The notes under the pieces: generated by a model
Database searches by the model: none
What the model saw: the letters and a program-made list of their open reading frames with translations, nothing else
Told to the model about the DNA's origin: nothing
NCBI GenBank assembly: GCA_951406725.2
Contig: OX597814.1
Coordinates: 200,198,001 to 200,262,000, forward strand
DNA from: Octopus vulgaris
Taxonomy: Eukaryota
DNA length: 64,000 nucleotides
Reading direction: 5' to 3'
Made by a program: the position numbers and the translations under genes
Part shown: positions 50,637 to 62,860 of the stretch, piece by piece
How the letters are laid out: each line of letters begins with the position of its first letter
Numbering within the stretch: position 1 is the stretch's first letter

Positions 50637-53600
50637 GTAAATAATCTTTCATATATTGTTGGAATATATTTTGGGAAATTGGAAGTGAAGAAATATCTGT
50701 GATACTTTTTACCTCTATCCTGTTATCATCCTTATCATTACCAGTAGTTTTCTTTAAGAAGCTCTTCTCATGTTTACCCTGATGTGATTTTAGGAAGATT
50801 TCAATACGACAAAAGCATTTTTACAAAAGGCTAGATATTATTTTAGCATATTTAAGTTTGATTATTTATTGTACAAAATAATTACTTAGTTTTTTTTGTT
50901 TTTAACTCTATGTGTTTTTAAGCTAATCATATCAAAGTAAGAAGGAAAAAAAAAAACATTTGAGTTTAAGAAAAATTTCTGCTCGTAAATCTTGCAGGTT
51001 ATAATATTTATTTAAAAAAAAAAAAAAAACAACAACTTTTCTCTGCCACAAACTGTAGCTTGCTTCAAATGAATTAGCTTTTAGAAAAGCAGGAGTTCTC
51101 TAACTACATTTGATAAATGACTGCTTTTGGCATGGCTAATTCCATATGTTCAGACTGCCTAAAGAGAATCTCCAGAAATAAAATTCTTCAGTTGCTTTAG
51201 TTACAACAACTATAACATATTTTGCAGTTTCTTGTGGACAATGGAAAAGAAAAAACAATGATAAAAGGAAGAAAAAAAACAAAAACAATAGCAGTAATGA
51301 CTTCTTTGTTAGATGAGGAACTTTGTTGAAATTAAGAAGATTTATAGGTGCTAGTTAAAGATATTATGCATTACAAACTCATCAAACATTTGGTACATCC
51401 ACAGCTTATCAATAGCTTTGTAATTAAGTAAGAAGCCTCAAGACAACTGGTGATTAAATGTGATGATATTTACACCTTTCCCAAATTGAAAATGAGAAAT
51501 TAATTTCTAATTAAGACTTAAAATACAATCATGCTCCAAACCAATTTAACAAAGTTTTCTACAGATATTTGGTTGTAAAATTGAATAACATGCTGTACCT
51601 GACTATATTTAAAGATATCTGCGATATAATAATGTCAACGTCCTAAACAGGGCAACCTTGTTTAGAATATATAAGGGCAGAGAATTATTATTTGTATTAT
51701 TTATGAAATTTTCTAATACCACAGCTGTTTCAGCTGGCAAAAGAAGTGATAAAATATAACTTCTCTAAACTTCAGAAATAAGTCATTCGTTGAAGACAAA
51801 CAGTTGAGAAGAATTTTTATTGTCTTTTTAGAATTGTTTTATTGCAGCTTTCTCCATCTGTCAAACTTATCTCCCTTACTTCTTCGTTACATAGTCCACT
51901 TCCCTTCAAACAGGCTCTACAATATTTGTTCACATTGGTGTTTTTTGACTATAATCTATAAGCCTTACATGTTTATTCACTGAGATTTGTGCAACTCTTT
52001 GATTCATAATTTGCCATTTTATTTCCTATCCTTGGTCTCTAAGTAACAGCTTTCTCCAGTCAAATCAAAACAGGTGTAAAATGTTTAAGATAAATGTTGT
52101 CAACATAAAAATTAGATGAGTAAATACATTGATCTGTTTGCCAAAAGTCAGTAAAGTGAGAGCTTGCGAAAAGATGAAAGTAATTTAGAACATAAAAAGG
52201 CAGACAACAGATATATGAGCAAACAAAGGAAATATTAAATGGAAAATTAAATTACCTTCTGGAAGACATTTGTTACTCTAGAAACACTGTTTCTATATTC
52301 ATCAAATATAAATCATATTTCTCAAAAGTTCTAAGGTAAAGAATGGTAACACAATAAATAATGCTATTTTCAAAGGAAATCGGTTTTGTACAATCAAACC
52401 AAATTGCCTCATTCAAGGTAGTTACCATTGTAACTACTTTGAATGAAGTAATTGTTTTGCGAACATGTAGTGGTTGTCAAAACTGTATTCAGCACAAGCA
52501 GGTAGTTGGTTTCAAAACTATTGATGGCCAACATGTAGTGAATTTCACAACTATACAGTGGGCAAACATAGAAGGATGGCCTTTTCCCTTTTTATTTGCT
52601 AATATTCTTTTGCTTAGTTAGATGTAGAGCAGCACCTTTTTTCTTTTTTTTTTTCAAGGTTCCTGAGGCAGGTGGGGATGGAGAAGGATGAGATTTCCTC
52701 AGACGGAAGACTTTGCCTGAATGTTTGTAGTTCTTGTAGCCAGTAAGGTGGGCATAAACTGAAGCCTGTTTGTCAAAGCTAAAAATTCATATAACAGGGG
52801 CAAGTATGGGATATTATTAAAATTACCAACTATTTCAGTCTTTACCATGGCTGAGCTGCATCAAATTACTATAAACAGATTAAAATTTAGTGAACCCCAT
52901 TTGAACCATAGGTGACTCGATCGATAAAAGTTAAAGATAAGATCACTGATGCTGTGTGGTTTGAATGACTAAAACACATAGTTATCAGTTATCAATGGCC
53001 AAGTATCCATTACTTTCAGTAGAAAATGATACCACTTGTGAAACTAAACAAGGATGGTGCTGTGCAAAGGATGAGTAATTCTCCCACTTTTGAGAGCTGT
53101 GTTCTGTTCTCAATGTGAAATAAATATCTGAGATATATCAATGTCCTACTGACGAGGAGATTTATCTCCTTGGTTTAATGTTACAGGCCTTTATGGACTT
53201 CTGTGATTTGGATAGAATTAGCTTTAGCAAATATGCCTGAGATCTATTTTCTCTGATAATTTATGGAATATACTCTTCATAATATTAAGAATTACTGAAC
53301 ATTTTGAATGCCACAGATACAGTATCGCAATTTTTCATAGAACAAATTGAGTTTAATAGGTTTATTCAAATTCAGCTAATGCCTTACTCTGATTGTCTAA
53401 TAATGAAGCCCGAACATCATTATGCAGTAAATAAAGCTATATTACTGTGAAGAATAAACAAAATATCCTCTTCTGTCTTCTCATCACAGATAATTTTATA
53501 TTAAATCTTTCTGTCAAAATTGTTGCAACAGAGTATATAAAATAAAATGAAAAATCTTAATATAAAGTATATTCTAAAACATATTTATGACACATGACAT

Positions 53601-53906
53601 AGGAAAAGTTCATGTGTATAATAATTTCTTCTTGTTGATAAAGATTATTTCTTACACATAAAAATGTTGCTTTCTGTATATATTTCCATATCTGAATAAA
53701 TTTGTTTCTTTGAATTAAATGACAGTTCTTCCCTAGGGATAATGTATAGTTGTACAGAAATCAATGAAGGTTATTTCCATAAAAGTTTTAAAACTGTAGG
53801 TGTTATCATAACTAAATAAGTAATACAAACGCTTTTATGGGGAAGCTCTTGGGCCATGGCTTATATTTTTAAGTAATGTAGAAAACAACACTTTTGAGTT
53901 ATTTAA

Positions 53907-54120
53907 CCCCTTCGTTACTGTATTTATTTTGAGATGCTCTGTGTTTCTTTCAATTACTTTAAATATAACAAAGAATTTAGTAAAATAACTTCGTTATCAT
54001 TAATCTAGTGTTAGGAACATAAATTGTGACTATGGTTTGGTGGAAGATTTTAATTCCAAACTTATGAAAACAAGACATTTGTACTCAGAGCTGGTTTCAG
54101 CTGAGTTGGTAACAAAAGGG
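53907..54120. mobile_element. single piggyBac-type MITE
   Basis: ttaa|CCCCTTCGTTAC...GTAACAAAAGGG|ttag, with the same body as 45269-45490. Confidence 0.87.
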
Positions 54121-56723
54121 TTAGATAAAATACCAGTAATTATTTGGTATATTAGAACTACAAATATCAACTGGTAAACTATTAAATTAGAGCTAATTTA
54201 AGTTCATTATTTTAGCATAAACTTTACAAGATCTACCATATCTTTTATTCACACAGGTTTCTAAAACAAATTCGACTATCTTTTACTTTCAAACTTTGGT
54301 CGGTCACTATTAATCAGTTGAATTGATTCAAGAAAACTGCTAATTCTTCAGAAATTATTACTGTTTTTATTTTTCATTATTATTATGAATATTATGGTGT
54401 AGATGTCAGTTCTGAGGAAATGAAAACTAGTTTATATTTTGAATAACTTCTTTACTCCTAATACTCAGGCCTAACAGAAAAGCATGGACACCACAGTTCT
54501 TTTATTCCACACTCCTATAAATATTCTTGTTCACAGCCATCAATTTAATCATAATACTCTTTAAAGTTTGAGCTTGGATTTAGGAAAACTAATGACAGTC
54601 TGCATCAATAATTAGTGGCTATAAATAGAGCCTAAAAGTGAAATAAATTGGTTTGTCATGAGGAAGAGAAAAAAGTTTAACATTTTGGTCAATAACCTAC
54701 ATTAAAGAGAAAAGGGTTAAATTTCTAAGGAGAGAGCCCATAAAAGCTACAGCACTGCCCCCTCCCCTACTTCAAACTAGAACATTAAATAGAACTAAGG
54801 CTATCAGGATTTTCTATACTACAGTAATAAATAATCTTGATTTGCTCTTATATCTACTCTTTTTAATTTCAACTTTTGATTACCTGGTGATATTTAAAAA
54901 AGGAAGTATGAAGGTTACATATTGTTGTGTCTGATTTGCTTTCATCTTATTTTCTCTTTCACACTAATTTGTGAAAAACATTAGTAGAACCACAGCAAAT
55001 CTATAGTGTTTTCTATCTGAGAATTCTGTTAGCATTACATTATCAATTCCAATGTGCATCATGACTTTAATGTTTTCTTGCATTACTCAATGTGAAACAC
55101 AAGCCAGCTCTATAATTATTAAGACAAACTTCACAAAATTCAGTGGAATATGATTACACAGGATTAGTTATTTCACTATATCAGCATGAATTTTTGAAAG
55201 CATAGTTTTCTCTAGTATGAATTGCAGATAACCAAATTGACAGAATATTATATTACCAGCAAAAGATTTGGTCATTCATATCTTGCCACCAGTTTTGTGC
55301 TGTGATGGTGGACAAGGTGTATAATTCTCAAATGAATGACTTAAACTATGAAATGTGATTCCTTCATACTTTATTCTTATCTCTGGTTCAGTTGAACAAA
55401 TTGTGATAAAGATACTGAGAGTGTTCTGTTTAATAGTCTTAACAGCAACATATCTAGGAAGAGAGCTTTATTTTCATTGGTTAAACACAACAGAAACAGA
55501 ACTAAATAACAGCTCTGGGAATTAAGGTTTTTTCCTGAAAATATCAATACTTTATATAAATTATATAAAAAAAAATCTCAATTTACTAAATAACCATTTA
55601 CTAGTAATTTTCTCTTATTTTAAACCATTTTCATGAGTTTAGATGAGTTGGAGCAGTGCCAATGACATTTGCAGGCCACATACACAGCATAGAAGTTGAT
55701 GTGGTTGATGTCTTGTCTGAATACCTTCAGGATAAACACAGACAGAGGAGAACTGGAGTCTAGACTGAGTACTTACAATAGAGACATCTTAGGTACGCAA
55801 GAACCAGTTAGTGATGCAAAACTGGTTGTCAGCCTAGTACTACCCCACCCCCAACAGGGAATTATCATGGTACTGACACTTGAGAAGTTGTTCAACTAGA
55901 AAGACAATGCAAAGGAATTTCAACCAAGACATACATATGTTGGAATAAAACTAAAGTTCAGGATGGTTATCAAAGTGGAAAAGTTTAAGGGGGCTTGTTA
56001 GGTGTAGTGCTGGATTGTAAATATGTTGAATGAATAATTTAGATGACCAATCACAATCTTTGGCACAACAGACAGATTTTAGTCACTAAAATGCACTCAT
56101 TCAAGATTGAGATTTACATACAAAAAATCATTCTTTTTTTTTTTTTTTTTTTTTTTTGGTGAAAATACACCTATTAAGTTATGTGCAAAGCAGCTACACT
56201 TTCATATAGAGTAGCATAGCTGGACAATGATAAGGTTATGTGATAAAGTTTCAATAATCTGTTGGCTCATACAGTGGAATCTTGGTTTCCAAATTTAATC
56301 CATTCCTGAAGATATTTCATCATCTGAAATGTTCATAAACCAAAGCTATTTTCCCTATAGGAAATTCAAGAGAAAGCATAGAAAATTCAAGCAGGGATGT
56401 GCACAGAGCGAAAGCTGGACGGCAACTGATGCTCTCCTCCCACTGATACTCTCAATTTATTGCCAACCATTGCTGCCAGCTAGCATGTTTGTTCCTCAGG
56501 ACATCATTTGCCACCCAAGAGATTTTATATTCAAAAACTTGATTGTAAACCAAGGTTCCACAGTATAAGCAAGAATCTTTTCCTACTGACATTTCTAAAG
56601 CTTCTTCATCATGTCTCTAGACCTAACATGCCTGTATTTAATTTCTCTTCTGCTTGTTTCGCACCATATATCTATTTTTGGATATTTCAAATTATGTCTG
56701 TTCAGACATTTCACTTGTCTTCA

Positions 56724-56724
<1 letters not shown>

Positions 56725-56774
<50 letters not shown>
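56725..56774. repeat. (TA)n microsatellite
   Basis: Pure TA run. Confidence 0.95.
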
Positions 56775-56778
<4 letters not shown>

Positions 56779-56984
56779 GGGATTAAAATTCAAATACTTA
56801 AAAAGACCTGATAAAATTTATTTTCTATTCAGATGCTAATTTCTTGGTAGTCTGTGTTATACCAATCTTTCCACCTCAGATTAATCTAAGAGATTTTGTT
56901 AATATGGATGTCCTTTGTCTCCTTTAAATCACAAATACCTTATATAAAAATGATGTACAACGTAATATTTCTTTTATTTTACAG

Positions 56985-56996
56985 GCTTTTCCATAG
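56985..56996 (+). CDS. candidate 12-nt PDE1 microexon (adds LFHR)
   Basis: tttcttttattttacag|GCTTTTCCATAG|gtatat. Phase 2-2, no stop codon. Splice-signal evidence only. Confidence 0.35.
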   Translation, partial: AFP

Positions 56997-57944
56997 GTAT
57001 ATTTTTTCTTAACCTTTGCACATATTTTCCCAAACAAAACTGTTTAAGCTTAATTAGATACTGATGGTATTTTGGCACTACTATTCTCTCAATCTTACTT
57101 TACTATTTACAAAGATTTACAACAATTAGTTTTAAGACTTAATTCTTAAGAAATGTAATAAATAAACAAACTGGAACAAGGTTACTGAAGAAAATAAGAA
57201 AAATTCTTTAAATTTCACTGTTTCATTTCTGAAGTGATTAGAATTTTAATAAATATATATATATGCATTTGTAGTAGTCAAACATGCTGCAATAATTAAA
57301 AAGGAAATTAATATCTTGCTTGAAAGAGCAGTATTATAAAATAATGAAATATCTTGAACAGCAAGAAGTAATAAAAAAAAATCTATTGATTTCTTTCTAA
57401 AGAGAGAAACAGAATTGTATGAATACAATACTAAGACTAGTTGAAAAAATAAAAAAATAATAAGAACAAAAATTTTTAATTTAATGGAAAACCTATCCAG
57501 TTGATAAATATTTGCTGGAGGAATTTTTTGTTTCCCTTAGTTTCAATCATTTGATTCCAACCAAAGTTCTTGAGAAAATATTTTCAGAAGTCTGTTATGT
57601 TTTACTAACCTGAGTTCAATTCTGAGGTGAATGTTTTTAATGAGATTCTCTGCTGACAGGTGAACAAAAAATGTTTAGAACACCTGAACTGTGCATCAGC
57701 TAATCAAAATTGTTTAATCTCAAGCATTGCAAATGGGTTTTTTTTTTTTTTTTTTTTCCCCCAATTTTTATATTCTGTTTTCAAATTAGCATTAATAATT
57801 TATGCAATAAAACCAAATAGAAAAAAGTTATTAATTTTTTGAAACTATGATTTTTTTAAACTTTGCTAATTTTTTTGTATAAAGATAAATATAAATGAAT
57901 AGTTTTTATCATTGAGGTAGTTTCTTTAATAATAATAATAATAA

Positions 57945-58373
57945 TCCTTTCTGCTATAAACACAAGATCAGAAATTTTGTGGGAAGGGGTTACTTGATCA
58001 CATCAACCCCAGTATTCAACCAGTAATTATTCCACTGAGCCCAAAAGGATGAAAGGCAAAGTCAACTTTGGAACAATTTGAACTCAGAACACAAAGACAG
58101 ATGAAATACAATTAAGCATTATGTTTGGAATGCTAACAATTCTGCCAACTCACTACTCTAACGCCGCAGCACAAGGCCTGAAATTTGGGAGAGGAGTATA
58201 GTCAATTATATCGACCCCAGTACTCAACTGGTACTTAATTTATTGACCCTGAAAGGATGAAAAACAAAGTTGACTTCAGTGGAATTTGAACTCAGAATGT
58301 AGCGACAGACAAAATACTGATACTGCTAAGCATTTCATCCAGCATGCTGATAAATCTGCCTGCTGACCGCCTT
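57945..58373 (-). mobile_element. two adjacent SINE family A copies (alternative-tail type)
   Basis: Two aaaggatgaaa...tttgaactcagaa cores within (aat)n tracts. Confidence 0.8.
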
Positions 58374-58400
58374 GATAATAATAATAATAATGATAATAAT

Positions 58401-58640
58401 AGATTGGTGCATTGGGAACAGTAAGCAAAGATACAGACAAATGGCTGAAGAAGACTGGAATACAATGCTCTGTAGAGCTTCTACAGAAAGTTTGTCTCTT
58501 AGAGACAGCAAGGATTATCAGGAAGGTTCTAAGCACTTAAAAGACTACTGAAAACTTATGAATACCTAAGGTTACAGGTAGTAACCCGCTACCCATATAA
58601 ATCCTACCAAGAATAAGACTGAACCTGAGCCAAACCAAAA
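58401..58640 (+). mobile_element. Dong/R4-like LINE 3' end in (TAA)n
   Basis: IGALGTVSKDTDKWLKKTGIQCSVELLQKVCLLETARIIRKVLST* matches the RLE C-terminal pattern GALG...LQK..LL.TA.I.RKVL. Followed by a short UTR; (TAA)n on both sides. Confidence 0.85.
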
Positions 58641-58656
58641 TAATAATAATGATAAT

Positions 58657-58915
58657 GGTTTCAAATTTTGGCACAAGGCCAGTCATTTTGAGGGGAAGTG
58701 GGTAGGTTGATTACAACAACCCTGGTACTTATTTATCAACCCTGAAAGAATGAAAGGCACTGACTCCAGTGAAACACTGGTACTTAATTTATTAACCCCA
58801 AAGGGATGAAAGGCAAAATCTACTTTGATGGAATTTGAACTCAGAACGTAGTGGCAGATGAAATACTGCTAAGCATTTTGCTCGACGTGCTTACGATTTT
58901 GCCAGCTCGACACTT
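58657..58915 (-). mobile_element. SINE family A with a partial internal duplication
   Basis: Two ctggtactta...gaatgaaaggca cores, then the head. Confidence 0.78.
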
Positions 58916-58950
58916 TAATAATAATAATACTATTAATAATAATAATAATA

Positions 58951-59955
58951 AGTGCACAAAATAATATGAGCACCGTCATGATAAAATGTCTGTGTATCTT
59001 CATTGGTTCTTATACCGTAAATACTAATATGAAGTAACAGAGAACTAGTATGAGCATGTACCAAGTAAAGTTATGCAGGAGGATGGAAAAGTAACGATAC
59101 TCTGGTATTATGATTTTCAGATGGATAGTGTGTTCGAAAACTGTCAGCTGGATATTGTCATCTCTCTCTATATAAACGGCAGTTTGTCTGTGTGTGTTTC
59201 TGTGTGTCTGTTTGCTTGTACCCTCACCCTGACCACGGCTTTCAACCGATTCTGATGAAACTTGACACACACATAGCCCAATGTCATAATTCAAAACTAA
59301 CGCACCGAAAATTTTGAAAAGTTCCCCCAGTTCTGAAAAAAATCGATAAATTCGACATGGGGTCGAGAATTAGAAACACAAACCACAGACTGTCTAGGGG
59401 ACGCAACTCGACCTTTTTTAACTAAAAAAAAATTTACCATAATTACATAAAAAAAAATTTACCATAATTTTTTTTCCATTTTTTTGCTATTTTTTGGCTA
59501 TAACTCTCTAAAAATGCTTTAGAGTTATTTCCCTTACAAACCTGAGCAACGCCGGGCGATACTGCTAGTATTGAATAAGAGAGACAAATTCTGTCAGATC
59601 ATTGATGTAGCCATACCAAATGACATGAATGTTGTGAGTAAAGAGGTTGAAAAAATTACCAAGTGCTCCGAATTGAAAGTGGAAATGGCAAGACTGTATG
59701 GAATGTGAGAAAGTAATATAAAAGTGATACCAGAGGTGATCGGAGCATTCGGCTCAATCCCAGTGAAACTTTAAGACTTCTTAAGGCAACTGGAAATCCC
59801 ATGAAAGATTTATGTCTTGCAAAAAGCAGCCTTATTGGGAATAGCGCACATCTTAAGGAAAGCATTACCTGTCTGAGGTCTTTGTTGTGACTTGACAAAT
59901 GACTAAAGACTCCAGTGCATTTTTACCTACACTGTGTTACAAAGGAATAATACAA
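58951..59955 (+). mobile_element. Dong/R4-like LINE 3' fragment (restriction-like endonuclease), interrupted by a Helitron
   Basis: YEHRHDKMSVYLHW...YEHVPSKV...KVTILWY.DFQMD...LDIV|ILNKRDKFCQIIDVAIPND..VSKEVEKITK..ELKVEMARL...VIPEVIGAFG, with internal stops; (TAA)n on both sides. Confidence 0.88.
59161..59568 (+). mobile_element. non-autonomous Helitron
   Basis: A|TCTCTCTCTATATA...CCTGAGCAACGCCGGGcgatactgCTAG|T. No TSD, and its removal restores the host reading frame. Confidence 0.92.
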
Positions 59956-60289
59956 ATAATAATAATAATGATAATTTCCTTTTTGAGATAACACAAAACA
60001 AACAAGTGGGAGACACACCAATCAAAAGGAGACACTATAACAAAAGGATATTTGGCTCAGTCCAAAGCATAAGATATGACAGACCATAGCTATTTGGGTT
60101 TCAGTCCCACCTTCAGATGTTGGATCATGACATCGTACAGTGGCATCTGTTTAGTGGTCAAATTAAATGGCCACCTCTTGGAACCTTTCAATGTTGGACA
60201 CTTTGGATATAGAAGCAATCAATACTATACTGAAAGAATACCAGGGACATACAGGAGCACACACAAATCAGAATAAGTAGCTAGGTTTG

Positions 60290-60590
60290 CTACTAGGCTT
60301 TAGGAGAGGCAAAATCATATTGACCAATGGCAATTTCTGTTACTGAATTAAAGGTCCAGTGAAAGTGCTTCGAGTGTGGTTTGGACCAGGTTTCTGGGTG
60401 GAGAGAAACTGGGAGGTCATGGGAAGAGTGGCCCATCTCACACAAAAATGGCTGAGTGAAAGTAGTGAATGCATGCATTGCCTCATTGGTTTACTACTAC
60501 CTGATCACGGCACTTTATCCCAAGCAAACTCTGACCAGCTTGGAGCACTTGCCTTTTCCAAATCTCATGAAAGGGTTATGCTCCACTGGT
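60290..60590 (+). mobile_element. Tx1/L1-like ORF2 remnant
   Basis: GPVKVLRVWFGPGFWVERNW...RVAHLTQKW, then in a shifted frame IASLVYYYL....PKQTLTSLE..., resembling the post-RT LG.WF...NW region of Tx1 elements. Confidence 0.55.
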
Positions 60591-60597
60591 CAGGAAA

Positions 60598-61170
60598 TCC
60601 ATCATTCAGAGCCAGTTGTTGAAGGTAAAAATGTCACCATCCTCTGGGATTTTCCAGTTAACACCAACAGAATGATCCAGACTTACTGACCAGACATAAT
60701 TATTAAAGACGTGGAAGAATATACTTGCAAACTAACAGATGTAAGAGTTCCCACTAATAAAAACATATCTATAAAGAAATATGACAAACTCAGTAAATAC
60801 GTACAAGGACCTCGAAATTGAAATAGAAAAGATGTAGCATGTTAAAGCAAGAGCTGTTCCTGATATTGTAGGTGCTCTAGGTACGATAAAAAAAATGGGA
60901 TGTTAGAAACATTTAGATAGCATCCCAGGAGAACCATGTCTCAAGGAAATCCAAAAGATTGTACTGATAAGTACTGCCCATATCCATAGAAAAACCCTAT
61001 CAAGTAAATGTTTGTGTTGTTTCATACGAAGGTATTTCTCTTCTGCCTTCACAACTTCCCCTCACCAAGCTTTCAGTTATATTTCAACATCTCTAAAACG
61101 TCATTTACCTTAGGGCACTGGGTGTGTCCTGGCAAGTGATTGCATCAAAAATATAGATTAAAAGCAAACA
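60598..61170 (+). mobile_element. third Dong/R4-like LINE 3' fragment
   Basis: HHSEPVVEGKNVTILWDFPVNTNRMIQTY*PDIIIKD...CKLTDVRVP...KYDKLSKY.DLEIEIEKM...IVGALGTIKK...EIQKIVLISTAHI.RKTLS, then a UTR and (TAA)n. Confidence 0.88.
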
Positions 61171-62004
61171 ACAGTAATAATGATGATGATAATAATAATA
61201 ATAATAAATACAATAATTTTTGCAATATCTATGAATGCCACCTACACAAAATTAATTAGTTTGCTAACTAATTAATGCAAGCATTGCATATAACTTTTCC
61301 CATGCATAATGCTTTGAAATCCATTTGTAAGGAAGCCTCAAAAAATAAAAAATTAAAAAAAAACAAAAATTCACTTAGAATGCTTATTTTTCTCAATGCC
61401 TTTCTTTCCTTTCTTTGGATTGCACAGCTTTTAGCTCTGGCTCTAATATCTAAAGGAAATAATAATTTGCTGCAAAACCCTTGAATGAAATAAAGGAATT
61501 TATGAGCTCATTCACAGGAGTCGAAACAAAAAAAAATTTGATCAAAGTTTACATAAGACAATTATAAATTTAATTAATCAGAAGAAAACGGATGACATCT
61601 GTCTGATACAAGCTGAATATAAACAACTTGCTTTCACTCTGATTTGTTGCTTTTCAAATTGTTCAAATGTAAATGATAAAATACATGTACAGTATTTGAA
61701 TGATATTGTTTTCTTTCTAATGTTGTCAATAACAAATTTATTTTTCTTGTATTGTCTTTAATCTTTTGTGAAAACATTATATTGAAGAAGAAGAAACTGT
61801 TTGACTACAGTGATTGCAAAGAAGTGAGAGTGGATGGAACAAATTTGTCTAATAATTTGTATGTAGTATTTCTCAAAATAGAATGTTGCATTTTTTTCCT
61901 TCTAAATACATGATATTATCAGAAACTTGTCAATGATATATAATTTTATTCATACAACTTCTGTTTCACTTTTAAAAAATTTGCTCTAAAACTATTTTTT
62001 ATAG

Positions 62005-62071
62005 GATCTACAGGCGAATGTCAGGGTCTGTTGGTTTACATATTCCACAAAATGTACTTACTGTATTGAAG
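62005..62071 (+). CDS. PDE1: PDE1 internal exon, 67 nt, phase 2-0
   Basis: Acceptor ttttttatag|G and donor AAG|gttagt. Translates as (R)IYRRMSGSVGLHIPQNVLTVLK, matching the PDE1 segment R.YRR....VGL..P..V...LK that precedes the catalytic domain. In frame with the previous exon. Confidence 0.92.
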
Positions 62072-62522
62072 GTTAGTCTTATTTTTTTTATCATCATAAA
62101 GAGTTTTAACAATTTCAGATACATCAAAAAATATTATTTTAATTTCATAATTTCACACTTGAAAATGCAGAGTTAATTTTATTTCTACCAATAGCTTCGC
62201 CATTTTATTTTTTCTTATTAGTGTTGTTCATGATTAATGGAGATAATATCAATATGTTTTTTTTTTTGTGTTGTGATACTTTTGGTTTCTAATTTTACAT
62301 ATTAACAGTCAACTGCTTGAGTTTTTATAGCAAAAGATGTTATCAATGGATTATTATCCATATCTCATTTTTGTTCTGGTTTGCAAGATACGTGAAGTGA
62401 AATCATTTGTTGAGATTTTGTTGTATATAGGATGGGTTACGATACCTATTTCTTTACTACCCACAAGGGGCTAAACACAGAGGGGACAAACAAGGACAGA
62501 CAAACGGATTAAGTCAACAATA

Positions 62523-62860
62523 CCAATAGGAGACACATGCACTGGTTCTATTTTACTCCTTTTACTACTAATAGTCAACTAGTGAACCATTCAACGAATT
62601 GGTTGTTTGATTAGTCACTCAGACAGTCAATCAAGCAGGTTCATCAGAATCCTTTCATCACCATTTACTCTGGAGACCTGGAGTAAAGATTATATGTCAT
62701 TGATGAGGTTGTGAATTGTGTTTAAAAGACTGACAAACAGGACTGATTGATAGATTAACTGAATGTTTAATCAAACAATCAATTGGTTAATTGGTTCACT
62801 AGTTGACTATTAATAGAAAAAGAAGCGAAATATAATCAGTGTGTATGAGTTACTTATTGG
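62523..62860. repeat. foldback / MITE-like inverted repeat
   Basis: Imperfect arms of about 110 bp with a perfect 21-bp core (62569-62589 and 62792-62812) and a small internal hairpin tttactc...gagtaaa. Confidence 0.8.
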
